Below, one piece after another: positions 1 to 12,632 of a DNA stretch of 45,096 nucleotides (its first letter is position 1; every line of letters begins with the position of its first letter). The translations under genes and the position numbers were made by a program. Origin of the DNA: Paraspadella gotoi (Eukaryota > Animalia > Chaetognatha); the NCBI GenBank assembly GCA_051294375.1, contig CM119265.1:1444098-1489193 (forward strand), read 5' to 3'. The notes under the pieces were generated by a model that made no database searches, was not told where the DNA came from, and saw only the letters and a list, made by a program, of their open reading frames with translations.

Positions 1-1213
1 TAATCACTAAATGGTCTAAGATGCTAGTTTTGTGTATCATAGTATGTATTATACTGTATTATGCTGTATTCCTCTTTCGTCATTGAAGTTGTCGTGTAAT
101 CACAAGAACATTTGCCAGAACAAGAACAAGAGCAAGAACATTTTCTGAGTTCAACAAAAATTGTTTTCTTCTTTCTTTCTCTCTATCTTTCTTTCTTTCA
201 ATCTTTCTTTCTTTCTTTCTTTCGATATTTCTTTTTTTCTTTCTTTCGTTCTTTCTTTCTTTCTTTCTATTTTTGTATGTCTCTTTTTCTCTTTCTTTCT
301 TTCTTTTTTTCTTTCGTTCTTTCTTTCTTTATTTCTTTCTCTCTCTCTATCCCTCTATCTTTATTTCGATCTTTCTTCCTTTTTTTTGTGGTTTACTCTT
401 TCTTTCNNNNNNNNNNTTTCTAAGTCTCCGTTGGAAGTTGTTTTATTTTTCTATCGAAAAAAAATTATGTTCTTTTTGTTGACAATATTAACACTCGCTC
501 GTACGAGAGGTTCGGCCTTGAGATTAGTTNNNNNNNNNNNNNNNNNNNNNNNNNAAAAAAGAGAGAGATAAGGTGGGACAAACGGAACGGAACAGACCGG
601 ACAGACATCATTTTTTTTGCATAATTTATACCATATTCGATGTCCAGACATGATATAAGTATGAATGCCCGAACAAGATTGGAGGGGCGGACCAGACAGA
701 CCGACAAAGTGGTAACAGATCCAGCTAAAATAATTTGTCCGCCCAAAATAACCTTGATTAATATCTATCAATATCCAAAGCCAAAGATCTCCATTCTGGG
801 AAGCGGCGAGGCAAGCTCTTTCAAGAAATGCTCTTGCCAATATGTGAGGCATTAGTGGCCTTTTCCGCGGCTGCAATTCTGTCACCATACTCCCACATTC
901 CCTCATTGGCTTGCAGTTTGAGAGGCGGTTTTCATGGAGCCTTTTCGGCAGAATGCAACTTCTGCCTGAAGATCATCAAAAATAAATCGATGGGTGCTCC
1001 AACCCTCGGATTTCAAATTTTCTCCGTATTTTGAAAGAAGAATTACACGATTTTCGCAGTTGATTAAGATGTATCGGAGTTCATGCTTCTCCATTTCAGC
1101 TCGTTTGGTCTGATTCAAGTGCCACTTTTGCGGTTTATTAAAGCCTCAGCTTCCGCTGCTTGAACTGCAAAAGTGGCATCAGCAATGGCAATGGAAGAAT
1201 CATCAAAACGCGT

Positions 1214-1450
1214 GCCATCTGGTTCTCCAGGATACCAAGGGCTCACAGTTTTACTCACTCCAAATTGAGTCCATTTAGTTCCAATGTCTATTTTATCTTT
1301 CGAAGCCCCGTCCAAATCCTACGAATCTCTGAATTTGATTTTTGAAACTGTTTTTCTTAAAGATTTTGATGCTGGTTCTGTGGCTAAGCTAGACAATTGT
1401 CCTCCTTTGAGGGCACAGAATCCTACTGCTTGCTCCCAATTAAGAACTTT
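1214..1450 (-). pseudogene. C-type lectin domain fragment (N-terminal two-thirds), frameshifted
   Basis: Minus-strand translation gives VLNWEQAVGFCALKGGQLSSL (helix-1 W..A..FC...GG.L.S motif), then RRIWTGLRK (WIGL motif) in a shifted frame, then SPWYPGEPDG (W..GEP motif) back in the first frame. No C-terminal WND/Cys segment seen. Confidence 0.7.
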
Positions 1451-3814
1451 GAGTGAAACTCTCTAGTCAGCCTCATGTTTATCAATGGTATCAGTAAAAT
1501 CGACATAAAGACTCCAGTAGTTGGGCTGACACCAAAACTTCCATGACATCAGACCCATTAGACCACTCAAAACAAATTCCAATGCATGAATGTTTCGTAA
1601 CATCCAGACAAATATTGAAGACCAAAAACGGTTGTTTTTTGCCAAAACGAAAACTGTTATAAGAGGCTGAAATAATTTGCAAGTTCATCAACATGTTTCC
1701 AACCGTGCAAGTTGGTTTCCAGGGCCAAATTGCGTGGGACCATATAGAGCAAACCCTTCTGGCCATCCAGAGTCCAGTACGAGGGAAGGTTTCTTTTAAA
1801 CTGAGATGATGGTGTTGTTAAAGATATTTTGCAAAAAAACCCAGCAGCTTTATAGATTTTAGAATTCAAAGTTATCAGCTCGCCATTTTTTTGTTAAGAA
1901 TCAGCCCTCTTTTTGCCATCAATTTGGTTCAAGCTGGCGGCGTCATTTATAGTTTTGTATTCTGTAAAAAGTAATATTAGTAAAAATAAATCATTTTCAG
2001 GGGAAAAAAATTCCAAAAGAAAAAAAATCAGGTTGATTGATTATAGAATATTTTTCTTAAACATTTTGGTTTTTATTATTTTAATTTATTATCTTTATTT
2101 TCCTTTCCTCCACAGCTATGATCATCTTTTTTATTGTGTTATTAACTATATTGAACTAATTTTTACTAATTCTTTTTTTTCCTTACATTTGAAAACATTC
2201 TATTCTGGACTCACCTGTTTCATCTTCATCGCCGACCACAACACCAACCACATGTTCCTTCTTTACAAACATAGTCCCAGCCACACCCAATTCCACATCA
2301 ATATCAGACATTGTCGCCACCATTGCTTCCCTCTCCCTCTTTATCGCCCCTTGGCGCCAAAATACCCTCCGCTGGTCAAAACAAAATTGATGAGCCTCTT
2401 TCCACGATAGAGCATCCCCGTAAAATAATAAAAATAATATCTGTTATATCCGGGAACGATGCTCATGTAAAGTCTGTTTTGGTACTTTGATAACAATCCT
2501 CTGGTAACGCAATACCTAATCCATATTGCCAACATTCTCTGAGCTCTTTCTCTTGTCCTTTAACAAAAAGGCTGAAGCAGAGGATTGTTTAGAAAATGAA
2601 CGAAGTATAGGATCGTACTTGAGTATTTCCGACCAAGACTCCTTTCTTGCCGTTCAACAGTTTCCTCGCAATTATTTTACCCAATGCCCAAATTTCAGTT
2701 GCATTCATCCAGGCGACGCAGATGGCGCCACGCGGACTATGGTCTGACTTGGCCACAAGGGGAACCCCTGTCGCGAATGCAATCGGAGTGAAATTCTAAA
2801 TGATAAGCAGGATTAGGACTCTCCAGCAGGGATCAGGCAAGTTCGGGATGAGGCAGATAATGATGATGGGAATCACAAGCAAAAAGCCAAAACGCAGAAG
2901 CAGGTTTTGAAGTCATTTCATCAGAGGCATTGCTTTCTAGAAAAATTGTAAAGTTAATGGTTTCCTATATTGAGAAATAAAAACAAATATTCACAATTTA
3001 ACCAATTCTCACCTGTTTTTTTATCATCGGCTGCTCCACATTGGTCAATTTTCTTAATTCAAGTCTTCCTCTTTCTCCATTTGTTGCTTTTTTTTATCAT
3101 CATCTTCATCGTCTTTCTTCATTAAAGTTGATCCTTTTTTCTTTCTCTACTCTAACTTGCTCCAAGCTATTGTTTCCTTTGCTTATTGCATCCACAATGT
3201 TCTTCATATTCGACTCGAAAGAAAGAACACCAAAATATCAAACGGTCTCTTTTTCCAAAGTTTCCACACGAGATGAAGAGGAAAAAGTCGGAACCATTCT
3301 TGAGGAGAAGAAAGCCAAGGACTGTATTAAAGACACAAGACGACGAGAGTGGCCACAAAACGTCCATTGACTGTTGTTTTTGTAGAGAGACACGAAGGCT
3401 TTGCAATGGATTGGGCTCCTGTGCACGGCAAAGGCATCGACGACAAGAAGAAAATGAATAGAAATGAGAATGAGAATTTTTGCCAGAAGGAAGAAACGTG
3501 CGAACAACGGGGAAATTGGGATTTTGACGGACCTGATGGAAAATAAATGTATTGTATTTAATTGTATTGTGTAACAGTTCCCATATCGTCATAAGGGATG
3601 CTAGTAGCAGACAAAAGTCAGTTTAAATGTTTTTTTATGTTGGGTGTGAACGTTTTAAAAGTCGATTATAAACAATGTGCCATTAAATAAAGATTGATTA
3701 ATTGAATTTTTTTTACAGTTAGCTATAATTTATATATATAGTACTATTCTTAATAGCTGTATTATTTCCTTTTTCCGTTGTTTTCAAAATTAGTTTACAA
3801 AGTAGAAGTATTTG

Positions 3815-3951
3815 TCTTTTTAACAATGATTAAATCTTAAATGTTTTGGTTTTTTGGTTGCAATTGTCTAATGCGCTGAAGAAGGCGTGCCAATCAAAAA
3901 CTGAAACATGTACGATTTAATGATTAAACATTGTTAAAAGAAAATTAAAAC
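3815..3951. repeat. Short imperfect palindrome (MITE-like remnant)
   Basis: tctttttaacaatgattaaatcttaaatgttttggttttttggttg is inverted-complementary to caatcaaaaactgaaacatgtacgatttaatgattaaacattgttaaaaga. Confidence 0.5.
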
Positions 3952-4910
3952 CTTATTGTCAAATTCTATTAAAATTCATTCTTATAAAATCTTAAAACTT
4001 TTTCAAATTTTCATAGAGTTAAAAACTTTTAAAATTAATTTAAGATATGGGTTTTCTGATTTTTGACCAACTTAATAAAAGAAGTTTTAAAAAAAGAGTT
4101 ATATTTTTATCAACTTTTTTACAACAAAGCAAAAATCTGCAAAAAAAAATCTTTACAAAATCAAATTTGAAATTAGAAATAAAATATTTTTACAATGGTG
4201 AACCAATTTCAATATTTATAAGGTAAGTACAATATTTTTTTATTAATGTAATTCCCATGTGTGATCTTTAACTAAATCCATTCAAAGTTAAATTAAAAAT
4301 TGACGTTATTTACTACAAAACAATACTTCAGCTAGCCAATTCTCCTCACCATATCAATGAGAACAGAAAGAGTAACGATGAAGGCAAAAGGGAGGAACAA
4401 ACATGGCGATGGATGGTGCGACTGAATTGCAAGAATGAAAGAGCAAAGGAGAATCTGCAGATGCCGCCGATGAAAACTATTTCGGTGATGAAGAATATGA
4501 TGAGTACGAATCGAGTGACCCAATGTGGGCGGAAGGGAGAGCCAAAGCGTCCAGGTTTAAGTCCGGTTTGCTATCATCCTTTATGTCAGCTTTCTTCAAT
4601 TTCTTCTATTTGATCTCTTTTTGCCTAGAGAATTCCATAAGAAATATAAAAAAAAATTGTTAAAAACAGTTTACAATATTTGATAGATTACATTACTTCT
4701 AAAAATTTGTAAGTTTTATATCTTCTCTCAAAATTTTCTAGAAAAGAAATAATAACAGATTATATAATCTTTCATCAAACAAAGCACCTTATACCTGAAC
4801 TTACTTTTTCATCAGAGTTTTCAATCACACCGTTGGTGTCACTACCATTTGTGCCACATTTTGTCACCATCTTCTCCTTCCAAGAACACAGCAAAAAACC
4901 ACCTCTTTTG

Positions 4911-5045
4911 ACAACAACCTCCTTCACTTTGTCCACAACCTCCTCCACAGACACAAACCACCACAACCCTTCCACAACAACCTCCTTCACCTTGTCCACC
5001 TCCTCCACAAACACAACCCCTTCCACAACAACCTCCTTCACTTTT
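4911..5045. repeat. ~60-bp tandem repeat (about 2.3 copies) within a putative exon
   Basis: acaacaacctccttcac(t/c)tt recurs three times. It reads VKEVVVE…EEV(V)DK on the - strand. Confidence 0.75.
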
Positions 5046-5330
5046 GTTCACCAATTTCCTTCCAACCACCTCCACCAGAACCATTAACAATAATACTCTG
5101 CCAGTCCCAGACTGAGAGTGACCGCAAGAGAGCAGACGGAGATTCATCTGAACAAATGAGAGATAGCGAACACCCTCTTGTCCTTTGGCGCTTGTCATCA
5201 TGAGCTGAGAGAATAATACAAAAAAACTATTATGATAATATTTTGTACTTTGTTATTTGTCATGCCTGTTATGAAGTCGTTACAAAAAATAGGGAAACTA
5301 TCATTCATTGTATTTTCTCAGAATAGAAAC

Positions 5331-5539
5331 ACTCTTTGAAATATTATGCCACTTCATTGATAGGGGAGTGAAATAAACTGAGACTGTGAGAGACTCTGAA
5401 TTGAAAGTTTGCAGGGACCTGCTATGTCATTATCTAGAAAGAGTGATGGAGGCCTTTAAACCACCAAAGTCAGGGGCAAGATAGCTTATTTATTAAAATT
5501 TAAATGATATGGATAATTTATATGGGTTATAACAATTTC
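5331..5539 (+). mobile_element. Unclassified ~240-bp dispersed repeat, family A, copy 1
   Basis: Shares gggagtgaataaacgagactgtga…gctatgtcattatct…gatggaggccttaaa…aaagtcaggggcaagatagcttatttatt with copies at 15529, 19483, 31503, 35057 and 35249. Confidence 0.75.
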
Positions 5540-6324
5540 AAAACATCTTGCCTCGTGACATGGTACATTGGACACTGTCCATTGGACAGTATATGATGGA
5601 TTACAACTAGTGATATGTTTTAATCACAAGGTCACGATTAATTGTTACTTTGCCATGTTTGATTATCTTTTTAATCTTGCATCGAACCTGGGTACAGAAT
5701 TGAGGCAAACTCTCTGCAAAAATCTCGGCCAATTTGACGTTGAAGCGAATCCAACGGCTCGGGCGAGGATTCTATCTACGGATTCCGGTCGATGCCGGTT
5801 TGGATCAGCGTGCAAAGGCAGAAGAAATAGATAACTGTGGGACCCAACATCGCGGCCGATCCCAAGAAGGGACGCCATCAGCCAGGGCATCGGAATGACG
5901 CTTTCGGTGTCTCAGCATACGCCACGCCAACAAGAAGAAACTGCGCCAACGCCTCGGAGACGATCCACAGCCAAGTGAGAAAAAGATGAATGGGCGCTGT
6001 AGTCGGGCGGAGTTCCAACCAGGTTTGCAATGAGAGGACGTACTCCATTTTGAATCAAAGTCATCTGAGAATTAAAATTAGATTTTAGAATATTTCAAAC
6101 CTTTTTTGGGTTTTTTCTGATTATCTGATTAAGATTTAGGGCATGACTTTTAACAAAGTTAACAAACAGTCAATTTTTTTTACCAGAAAAGTCTAAAAAT
6201 TGAAACATTTTATTTTGGATATTGTATTGTACATTGTAATAATTTTTACGAAGCTCTTTTTTTTTTATCAAAGACACACAAAAACAAAAGACTGAAATGA
6301 AAGACAATAAACACCGAGAGGTCA

Positions 6325-6831
6325 TCCATTATTTTCCTAGAACGCCTCGTTTTTTTTTTAAATTTGAAATTAGGTTAATTTTTGTAATTAAACATTAGAT
6401 TAAGAGATAGGGTTGAGGTTTAGTTAGGGATTAAGTTTAACTTAGTGATTAAGGTTAAGGATTATGTTAAATAATTAGGGTTTAGAGACTAAGGTTTAAG
6501 GTTATAGCTTAGGATTAAAAGTAGTGATAAGGTTTAAGTTTTAAGGTTCTTTGTATTTTGACTTTCTCTTTTCGTTGCCCTTTGAATTTAAAGAAAAAAA
6601 ATATTTGTCACAAACAACGATTTTTTCTCAAAGTTAAAGCGGACATGTTTCGACTCATATTATTTTTATTTTTGCTAGGTTAAGGTTCCTGGTTAAGTTA
6701 AGGTTAGTTTAAAGTTTAGGGATAAGGTTAGAGATTACGAAATTAGTGTTAGGGATTTGGTTCTAAGTTTTAGTTTAAAATTAAATTCCGGGTCAAGGAA
6801 GAGAAATGGTGCAATGTGGGAAAAGAGAGCC
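6325..6831 (+). mobile_element. TIR-MITE with internal degenerate TTAGGG-like array (family C), degraded copy
   Basis: Starts ccattattttcctagaacg, has ttagg/ttaagg arrays inside, and ends gaaatggtgcaatgtgggaaaagagagcc like the other copies. Confidence 0.55.
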
Positions 6832-7353
6832 TACAAATAGAACTACCGCCCCCCCCACAACAAGTTGCATTTCTCTTTCCCGACCGGGTAAAGTATCGTT
6901 GGGAAACGTTTGCGGGAATTTGTTCTCGCGCGAACGAGAAATGTCCACGGCCACGTCCAAAAGTAGGAGGCGATGTGAACCACAAAACGTCCCCCTGCTA
7001 TCCACATGACGAATTGGGGGAATAAATGAGGACCGTTTGTCTGCGTTTGGTTGTGTTTGTGAGGAATCAAATTGAAGAATTGTTTAATAAAACGCCTAAA
7101 AATGAAAATAATTTGCCCATCTCTCTTTTCTAAGTCTCGCGTTAGAATATTTTTTTTTCTATCGAAACACTCGCTCGTACGGAGAGGTTCGGCCCTTGAG
7201 ATTAGTTATTTTTTAATCTCGTTAATTGAATTCACTCCGTCGAAGGGTTTTATTCTCTGTAACGTTAGCGTTAATTAAGAGCTCGTTTTGAGGGAAGACA
7301 GTGTTAAAACTCTTTTGTCTTTATTTAATTAATGGCGGGTCGGATGAGGGATC

Positions 7354-7386
<33 letters not shown>

Positions 7387-7393
7387 CTCTCTC

Positions 7394-7433
<40 letters not shown>

Positions 7434-8194
7434 CTTTCTCCTCTCTCTCTCTCTCTATCGCTCTTGTAAACTTATTTTTAAAGATAAGGTATTTTATTTC
7501 AAACCAAGAAAAAATTGTACCATAAATACCCAAATACTTACATACATACAACTATTCGTGTATATCAACTTCAAAGATATATCAATGAAATTCATATTAG
7601 TAACAATAATAGAAAAGTGAATCCTTAGTCTTTTTGTTTACATTCAAAACAAGTGACTCTGGTGGGAGTCAGAGTGAGAACGCCCCGTGCCCAACATTCG
7701 TTCCAGACGTGCTTTCCAAATATGCGTTCCATACACGGTCTTTAAAAATTCCTTTTTGAATTGGTACAAGTGTAGTGAACCACGGGCAACCGAAAGTGGC
7801 AGGAGTCGTAAAGAAAGACCTATTACTTTTTATACGCAATTAAGAGATTGTTTTAATCAAAAAAATTTTATTAGTGTTTACAAAAACGAATTTTTTAGAA
7901 ACAAAAAAAAGGGAAATATTTCGGCTTTAATGTTACTTCTTCAGCGAGTGAAAATGAATTGCTTTCTTTTCCCTCACAATCCCGTTCTTCGCGTCTCTTT
8001 CGCTTCAAAACGCGCGGCGCGTAATCCTCGTCCAATTCGCCGATTTCTCTGCTTCTCCGAGAAGATTTTCCTATCGGCCAATCAGAGGAAGCTCTGCTAT
8101 CCGCGACGTCAATAAAAGTGAGACTCAAACGCGACGATCAGAGTCCACGGATTCTCTTCGTCCAATCGGAGGCCGAGATTCGTGATCCAAGTTG

Positions 8195-9175
8195 TGGATG
8201 GGAAAAAGGAAGGGAAATGGGAAGATGGGAGAAAGGGAGTGGAATGGAAAGATGGGTAAAAGCGGCATGGAAATTGGAAAGATGGGAAAAGTGTGAAATG
8301 GAAAGATGGGAACAAGAGGAAATGGAAAGATTGAGAAAAGGGAGGATAATGGAAATATCGGAAAAGGGAGAAATGGAAAGATGGGAAAGGAGGAAATGGA
8401 GAGTTGTGGGAAAAGGAAGTAAATGGAAAAGATGGGAAAAGGATGGATGAAAAGAATGAAAGGGAAAATGAAAGATGTGGAAAAGGAAGTAAAATGGAAA
8501 ATGGGAAGGGAGAAATGGAAAGATTGGAAAGGGAGGAAATGAAGATTTGGAAAAGGAGAGAAATGGAAAGAATGGGGAATAAGGATGTGAATGGAAGATG
8601 GAAAAAGGAGAATGGAATATTGGGAATAGGGAGGAAATGGAAAGATGGGAAAAGTGAGAGAAATTGGACAAGATTGGGAAAGGGAGGAAATGGAAAGATG
8701 GGAAAAGAGAGGAAATGAAAGATGGGAAAAGGGAGAGAAATGGAAAGATTGGAAATAGGGAGGAAATGGAAAGATGAAAAAAGGGAGGAAATGGAAAGAT
8801 TGGAAAAGGAAGTAAATGGAAGTATTGGGTAAAAGGGAGGAAATGAAAAGATGGGAAAAGGGAGAAATGAAAAGATGGGAAAAGGTTAGAAATGGAAAAA
8901 TGGGAAAAGGAAGAAATGGAAAGATGGGAAAAGGAAGTAATGGAAAGATGGGAAAAGGGAGGAAATTGAAAAGATGAGAAAAGGGATGAAATGAAAAGAT
9001 TGGAAAAGGTAGAATGGAAAAAATGGGAAAAGGAAAAAATGGAAGATGGGAAAAGAGAGGAAATGAAAGATGGGAAAAGGGCGGAAATGGAAAGATGGGA
9101 AAGTGGAGAAATGGAAAGATGGGAGAAGGGGAGGAAATGGAAAGATGGGAAAAAATATGATGGGAAAATGGAATC
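8195..9175 (+). repeat. 25-bp purine-rich minisatellite (ATGGAAAGATGGGAAAAGGGAGGAA)n, noisy copy
   Basis: Tandem degenerate units. Clean units of the same repeat occur inverted at 9635-10017. Confidence 0.9.
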
Positions 9176-9634
9176 TAGTTAAAGGGAATGTTGCTTGGAA
9201 ATTTAAATTTTTATTTAAATTCATTAGGCTCCTTATAATCTAAATAGTTAATTATATTAAGTAAGAAGTTATTTATTTTTAACCTTATTATGGGCAATTG
9301 GGCATAATGATAGAGAAAAATAAAAAAAAAATACGTCAGTCTTTGTTTTCTGTCTTAACTTCGTGACGAGAGATGGCGAATGTGAGAGAGATTAAAAATG
9401 AAGTGAAACAAAAGATTTTAGTTCTGACGAAAACTTGTTAATTTCAAAGTGTAATGTTTGTTGTTGAATAGAGAAAAAAACCTAGTTTAATTATTAAATA
9501 AAATCACAATAAGAACGCAAATATTAATTCGTTAGCTTAATATTAACATGACTTTTTAATTTTTACACGTTCTCTTCTCAACTTTAAACTCTGTGAAAAA
9601 AAATTTTACNNNNNNNNNNNNNNNNNNNNNNNNN

Positions 9635-10017
9635 TCTTTCCATTTCCTCCCTTTTCCCATCTTTCCATTTCCTCCCTTTTCCAATCTTTCCATTTCCTCC
9701 CTTTTCCCATCTTTCCATTTCCTNNNNNNNNNNNNNNNNNNNNNNNNNNNNNNNNNNNNNNNNNNNNNNNNNNNNNNNNNNNNNNNNNNNNNNNNNNNNN
9801 NNNNNNNNNNNNNNNNNNNNNNNNNNNNNNNNNNNNNNNNNNNNNNNNNNNNNNNNNNNNNNNNNNNNNNNNNNNNNNNNNNNNNNNNNNNNNNNNNNNN
9901 NNNNNNNNNNNNNNNNNNNNNNNNNNNNNNNNNNNTCCCATCTTTCCATTTCCTCCCTTTTCCCATCTTTCCATTCCCTCCCTTTTCCCATCTTTCCATT
10001 TCCTCCTTTTTCCCATC
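9635..10017 (-). repeat. 25-bp minisatellite, clean inverted copy interrupted by an N gap
   Basis: (tctttccatttcctcccttttccca)n on the + strand. Confidence 0.9.
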
Positions 10018-10029
10018 CACAACTTTCAC

Positions 10030-10235
10030 GAATCTCGGCCTCCGATTGGACGAAGAGAATCCTGGACTCTGATTCGTCGCGTTTGAGTCTCACTTTTATT
10101 GACGTCGCGATACAGAGCTCCTCTGATTGGCCGATAGGAAATCTTCCGGAGAAGCGAGAATCGCTGATTGGACGAGGAGTTACGCGCGCGTTTTGAGCGA
10201 GAGCGCGAGACGGGGATTGTGAGGGAAAGAAGAGG
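10030..10235. promoter_or_regulatory. CpG-rich promoter-like element with three CCAAT boxes and a TGACGTC (CRE-like) site
   Basis: gattgg at ~10044, ~10125 and ~10165, ttgacgtcg at ~10099, and cgcgcgcg, all in an AT-rich background. A noisy inverted duplicate lies at 7965-8195. Confidence 0.4.
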
Positions 10236-12632
10236 ANNNNNNNNNNNNNNNNNNNNNNNNNNNNNNNNNNNNNNNNNNNNNNNNNNNNNNNNNNNNNNNN
10301 NNNNNNNNNNNNNNNNNNNNNNNNNNNNNNNNNNNNNNNNNNNNNNNNNNNNNNNNNNNNNNNNNNNNNNNNNNNNNNNNNNNNNNNNNNNNNNNNNNNN
10401 NNNNNNNNNNNNNNNNNNNNNNNNNCCTCCTCCTCATCCCCCTCTCCCTCTCTATCAAAAAAATAACTCTCTCTCCGTCTCTCCCTCCCACTTGTCTCTC
10501 TCTCTGTCTCGCAAACCCGTCCGACGCTCATTCGCGATCTCACACACAAAATGATCCTCAGGTGGACTTCGTAAATCTTTTTTTTCCGTCATCGAATTAT
10601 GATGCAAACTCGCGAAAAAAATGATATTTTTATGCAATCAATGATTTCAGTTTATTTGACGATTCGTCATCGCTCGCATTTTATGCGCTCACAAACACTA
10701 AACAATTTTTTTTAGCCGATCGAGAGTTGTTGGTTTTTTTTTGTTTTTTTTTATCCGATCGGGATAAACACGTTCGTTTAAAATTAAAACTTTTTGTTTC
10801 GAAACTAAATCATTGTTTCGTGAATACTTATCAACTCTGTAATCATCTGTAATCTCTCATCAACTGTAATCACTAAATGGTCTAAGATGCTAGTTTTGTG
10901 TATCANNNNNNNNNNNNNNNNNNNNNNNNNAAATCTCTATTATATATGTTTTTTGTGAATACTTATCCAACTCTGTAATCATCTTGTAATCCTCTATGCA
11001 TAAGGCTGTAATCACTAATGGTTCGTTCTAGGGTATGTTTATGCTAGTGTTGTCTGTGTATATAGTATGGTCGATTATAGTTGTGGTTTCTCTGGGGTTA
11101 TGCTGTATTGGCCTGCTTTCGTCATTGAAGTTGTCCGTAAGTAATCACAAGAACAATTGTCCAGAAACAAGACAAAGAGAAGAGACATATTCTGAGTTTC
11201 AACAAAATTGTTTTCCTTCTCGTTCTTGTGTTCTTATCTCTATTTCGATTTACTTTCTTTCAAGTTCGGTCTTCTTTTCTTTTCTTCGCGGTTCTTTACT
11301 GATAGGTGGGCTTTTTTTTCTTTCTTTCGTACGTAGGCGTGTTCTTTCTTTTTGCGTTCTATTTTTTGTATGGTCTCTTTTCTCTTTTTCTTCTTTCTTT
11401 TTTTTTTCTTTCGTTCTTATCTTTTTTAATTTCTTTGGCGTCGGTCTTCTGTCCCTCTAGTCATTTTTTCGATTCTTTGTGCTGCGATTGTGCATCTTTT
11501 TTTTGTTGTGATGGGGTTTGTTGTCGTATTTCTATTGTGTGTCTTTTTTCGGCGTCGCGTGAGTACGATTTGTTTTTTGCATGTTTCTGTTTTCGTTTTA
11601 GGTTGTGTGAATTTTGATGTTTTTGTTCGATGATCGCGTTTGGGTGGTGTTGATTTTTTGTTTCTCTTTGTGTTTCTGTTACTTCTCGAATTTGTTTCGT
11701 TCCTTGGGGGGGCGGTATAGTGGTTTTGTTGTTGTTTATCGTTTGTTTATTGGCTTGATTTTTTTATTTCTTTTTGTGCTTCTTTGGATTTCTTGGCTTT
11801 TCCTTTGCCGGCTGTGTATTGTCTTTTCTTTTGGGCTTATATATTTCTAGTTTCTTCTTTCTCTTGTTACGTTTGCTTTTCTATTCTTTCTTTTTCTTCC
11901 GTTCTCTGCGTGCTATCCTCTCTATTATCGTTCGACTCAATGTTACTTTCTTTCTTTTTTTCTATCTTTCTTTTCTCTATTTTTGTTTTCCTCATTTTTT
12001 TTTCTTTCTTCTTTCTTTTTTTTTTTTCTTTTCCTTCTTTCTCTTTTATATCACTTCTTTTTCTTTCTTTCTTTCTTTCTTTTTGTCTCATTCTTTCCTT
12101 CTTTCCTTTCTTAATTTTTTCTTTCTTTCTTTTCTCGACCTTACTCTTCAGTTTTTATAAATGAGCAAAAATTCTAATCAGCTTTTTTTTTATTTTAAAA
12201 CCATTTAAAGTTTTTAATCTTTACAATACCTAAAAAAAAACTACATATGAAAATTTTCAAATTACTTGTTTCAACTCACTAATTTTTATTTTTATATTTT
12301 GATAGAAGGATTTACCTTTTTAATCTATATATTTTATAAAAATATATTTTGTATGCTTTCTTAAAAATTCTATTACTTATAATTATATCTAATAACTTAT
12401 TTTGGGAAGGGGAAGTCAGTGTTGTCTTCAGGAAAATAGAGGAGCATAATATTACTTTAAAAGTCCAGAACAACCTCCCGTTTCTTGAAAACTAACACAA
12501 CTTTTTGCTAATGAGATTTTCTCTTTCTTCTGTCGTCGTCGTCGTCGTCGTCGTCGTCATTTTCGACCTTTTGATTTCCCGAAATATTTTCCTCGCAGAT
12601 TTAATGCAGTCATCGATTCATTGTCGTCGTCG

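Larger units (their letters stand above)
610..6064 (-). pseudogene. Disrupted six-exon gene model containing a partial C-type lectin domain (pseudogene, or gene obscured by indel errors)
   Basis: GC-richer, microsatellite-free blocks on the - strand with canonical acceptors and (except the last block) GT donors: ~5688-6064, 4805-5204, 4350-4624, 3013-3532, 2215-2936, ~610-1961 (e.g. attctcag|, tttttctag|, ctttttacag|, CAG|gtgag twice). Every block has stops or frameshifts in all frames. Confidence 0.55.

Noticed and set aside
5688-6064. Stop-codon recoding (TGA as Trp/Sec) in the minus-strand gene
   Set aside because: TAG, TAA and frameshifts also occur in the other exons. Decay or sequence error explains this more simply.
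8118-10072. MERWEKG-repeat ORFs
   Set aside because: Products of a 25-bp satellite whose unit is not a multiple of 3, partly spanning N gaps.
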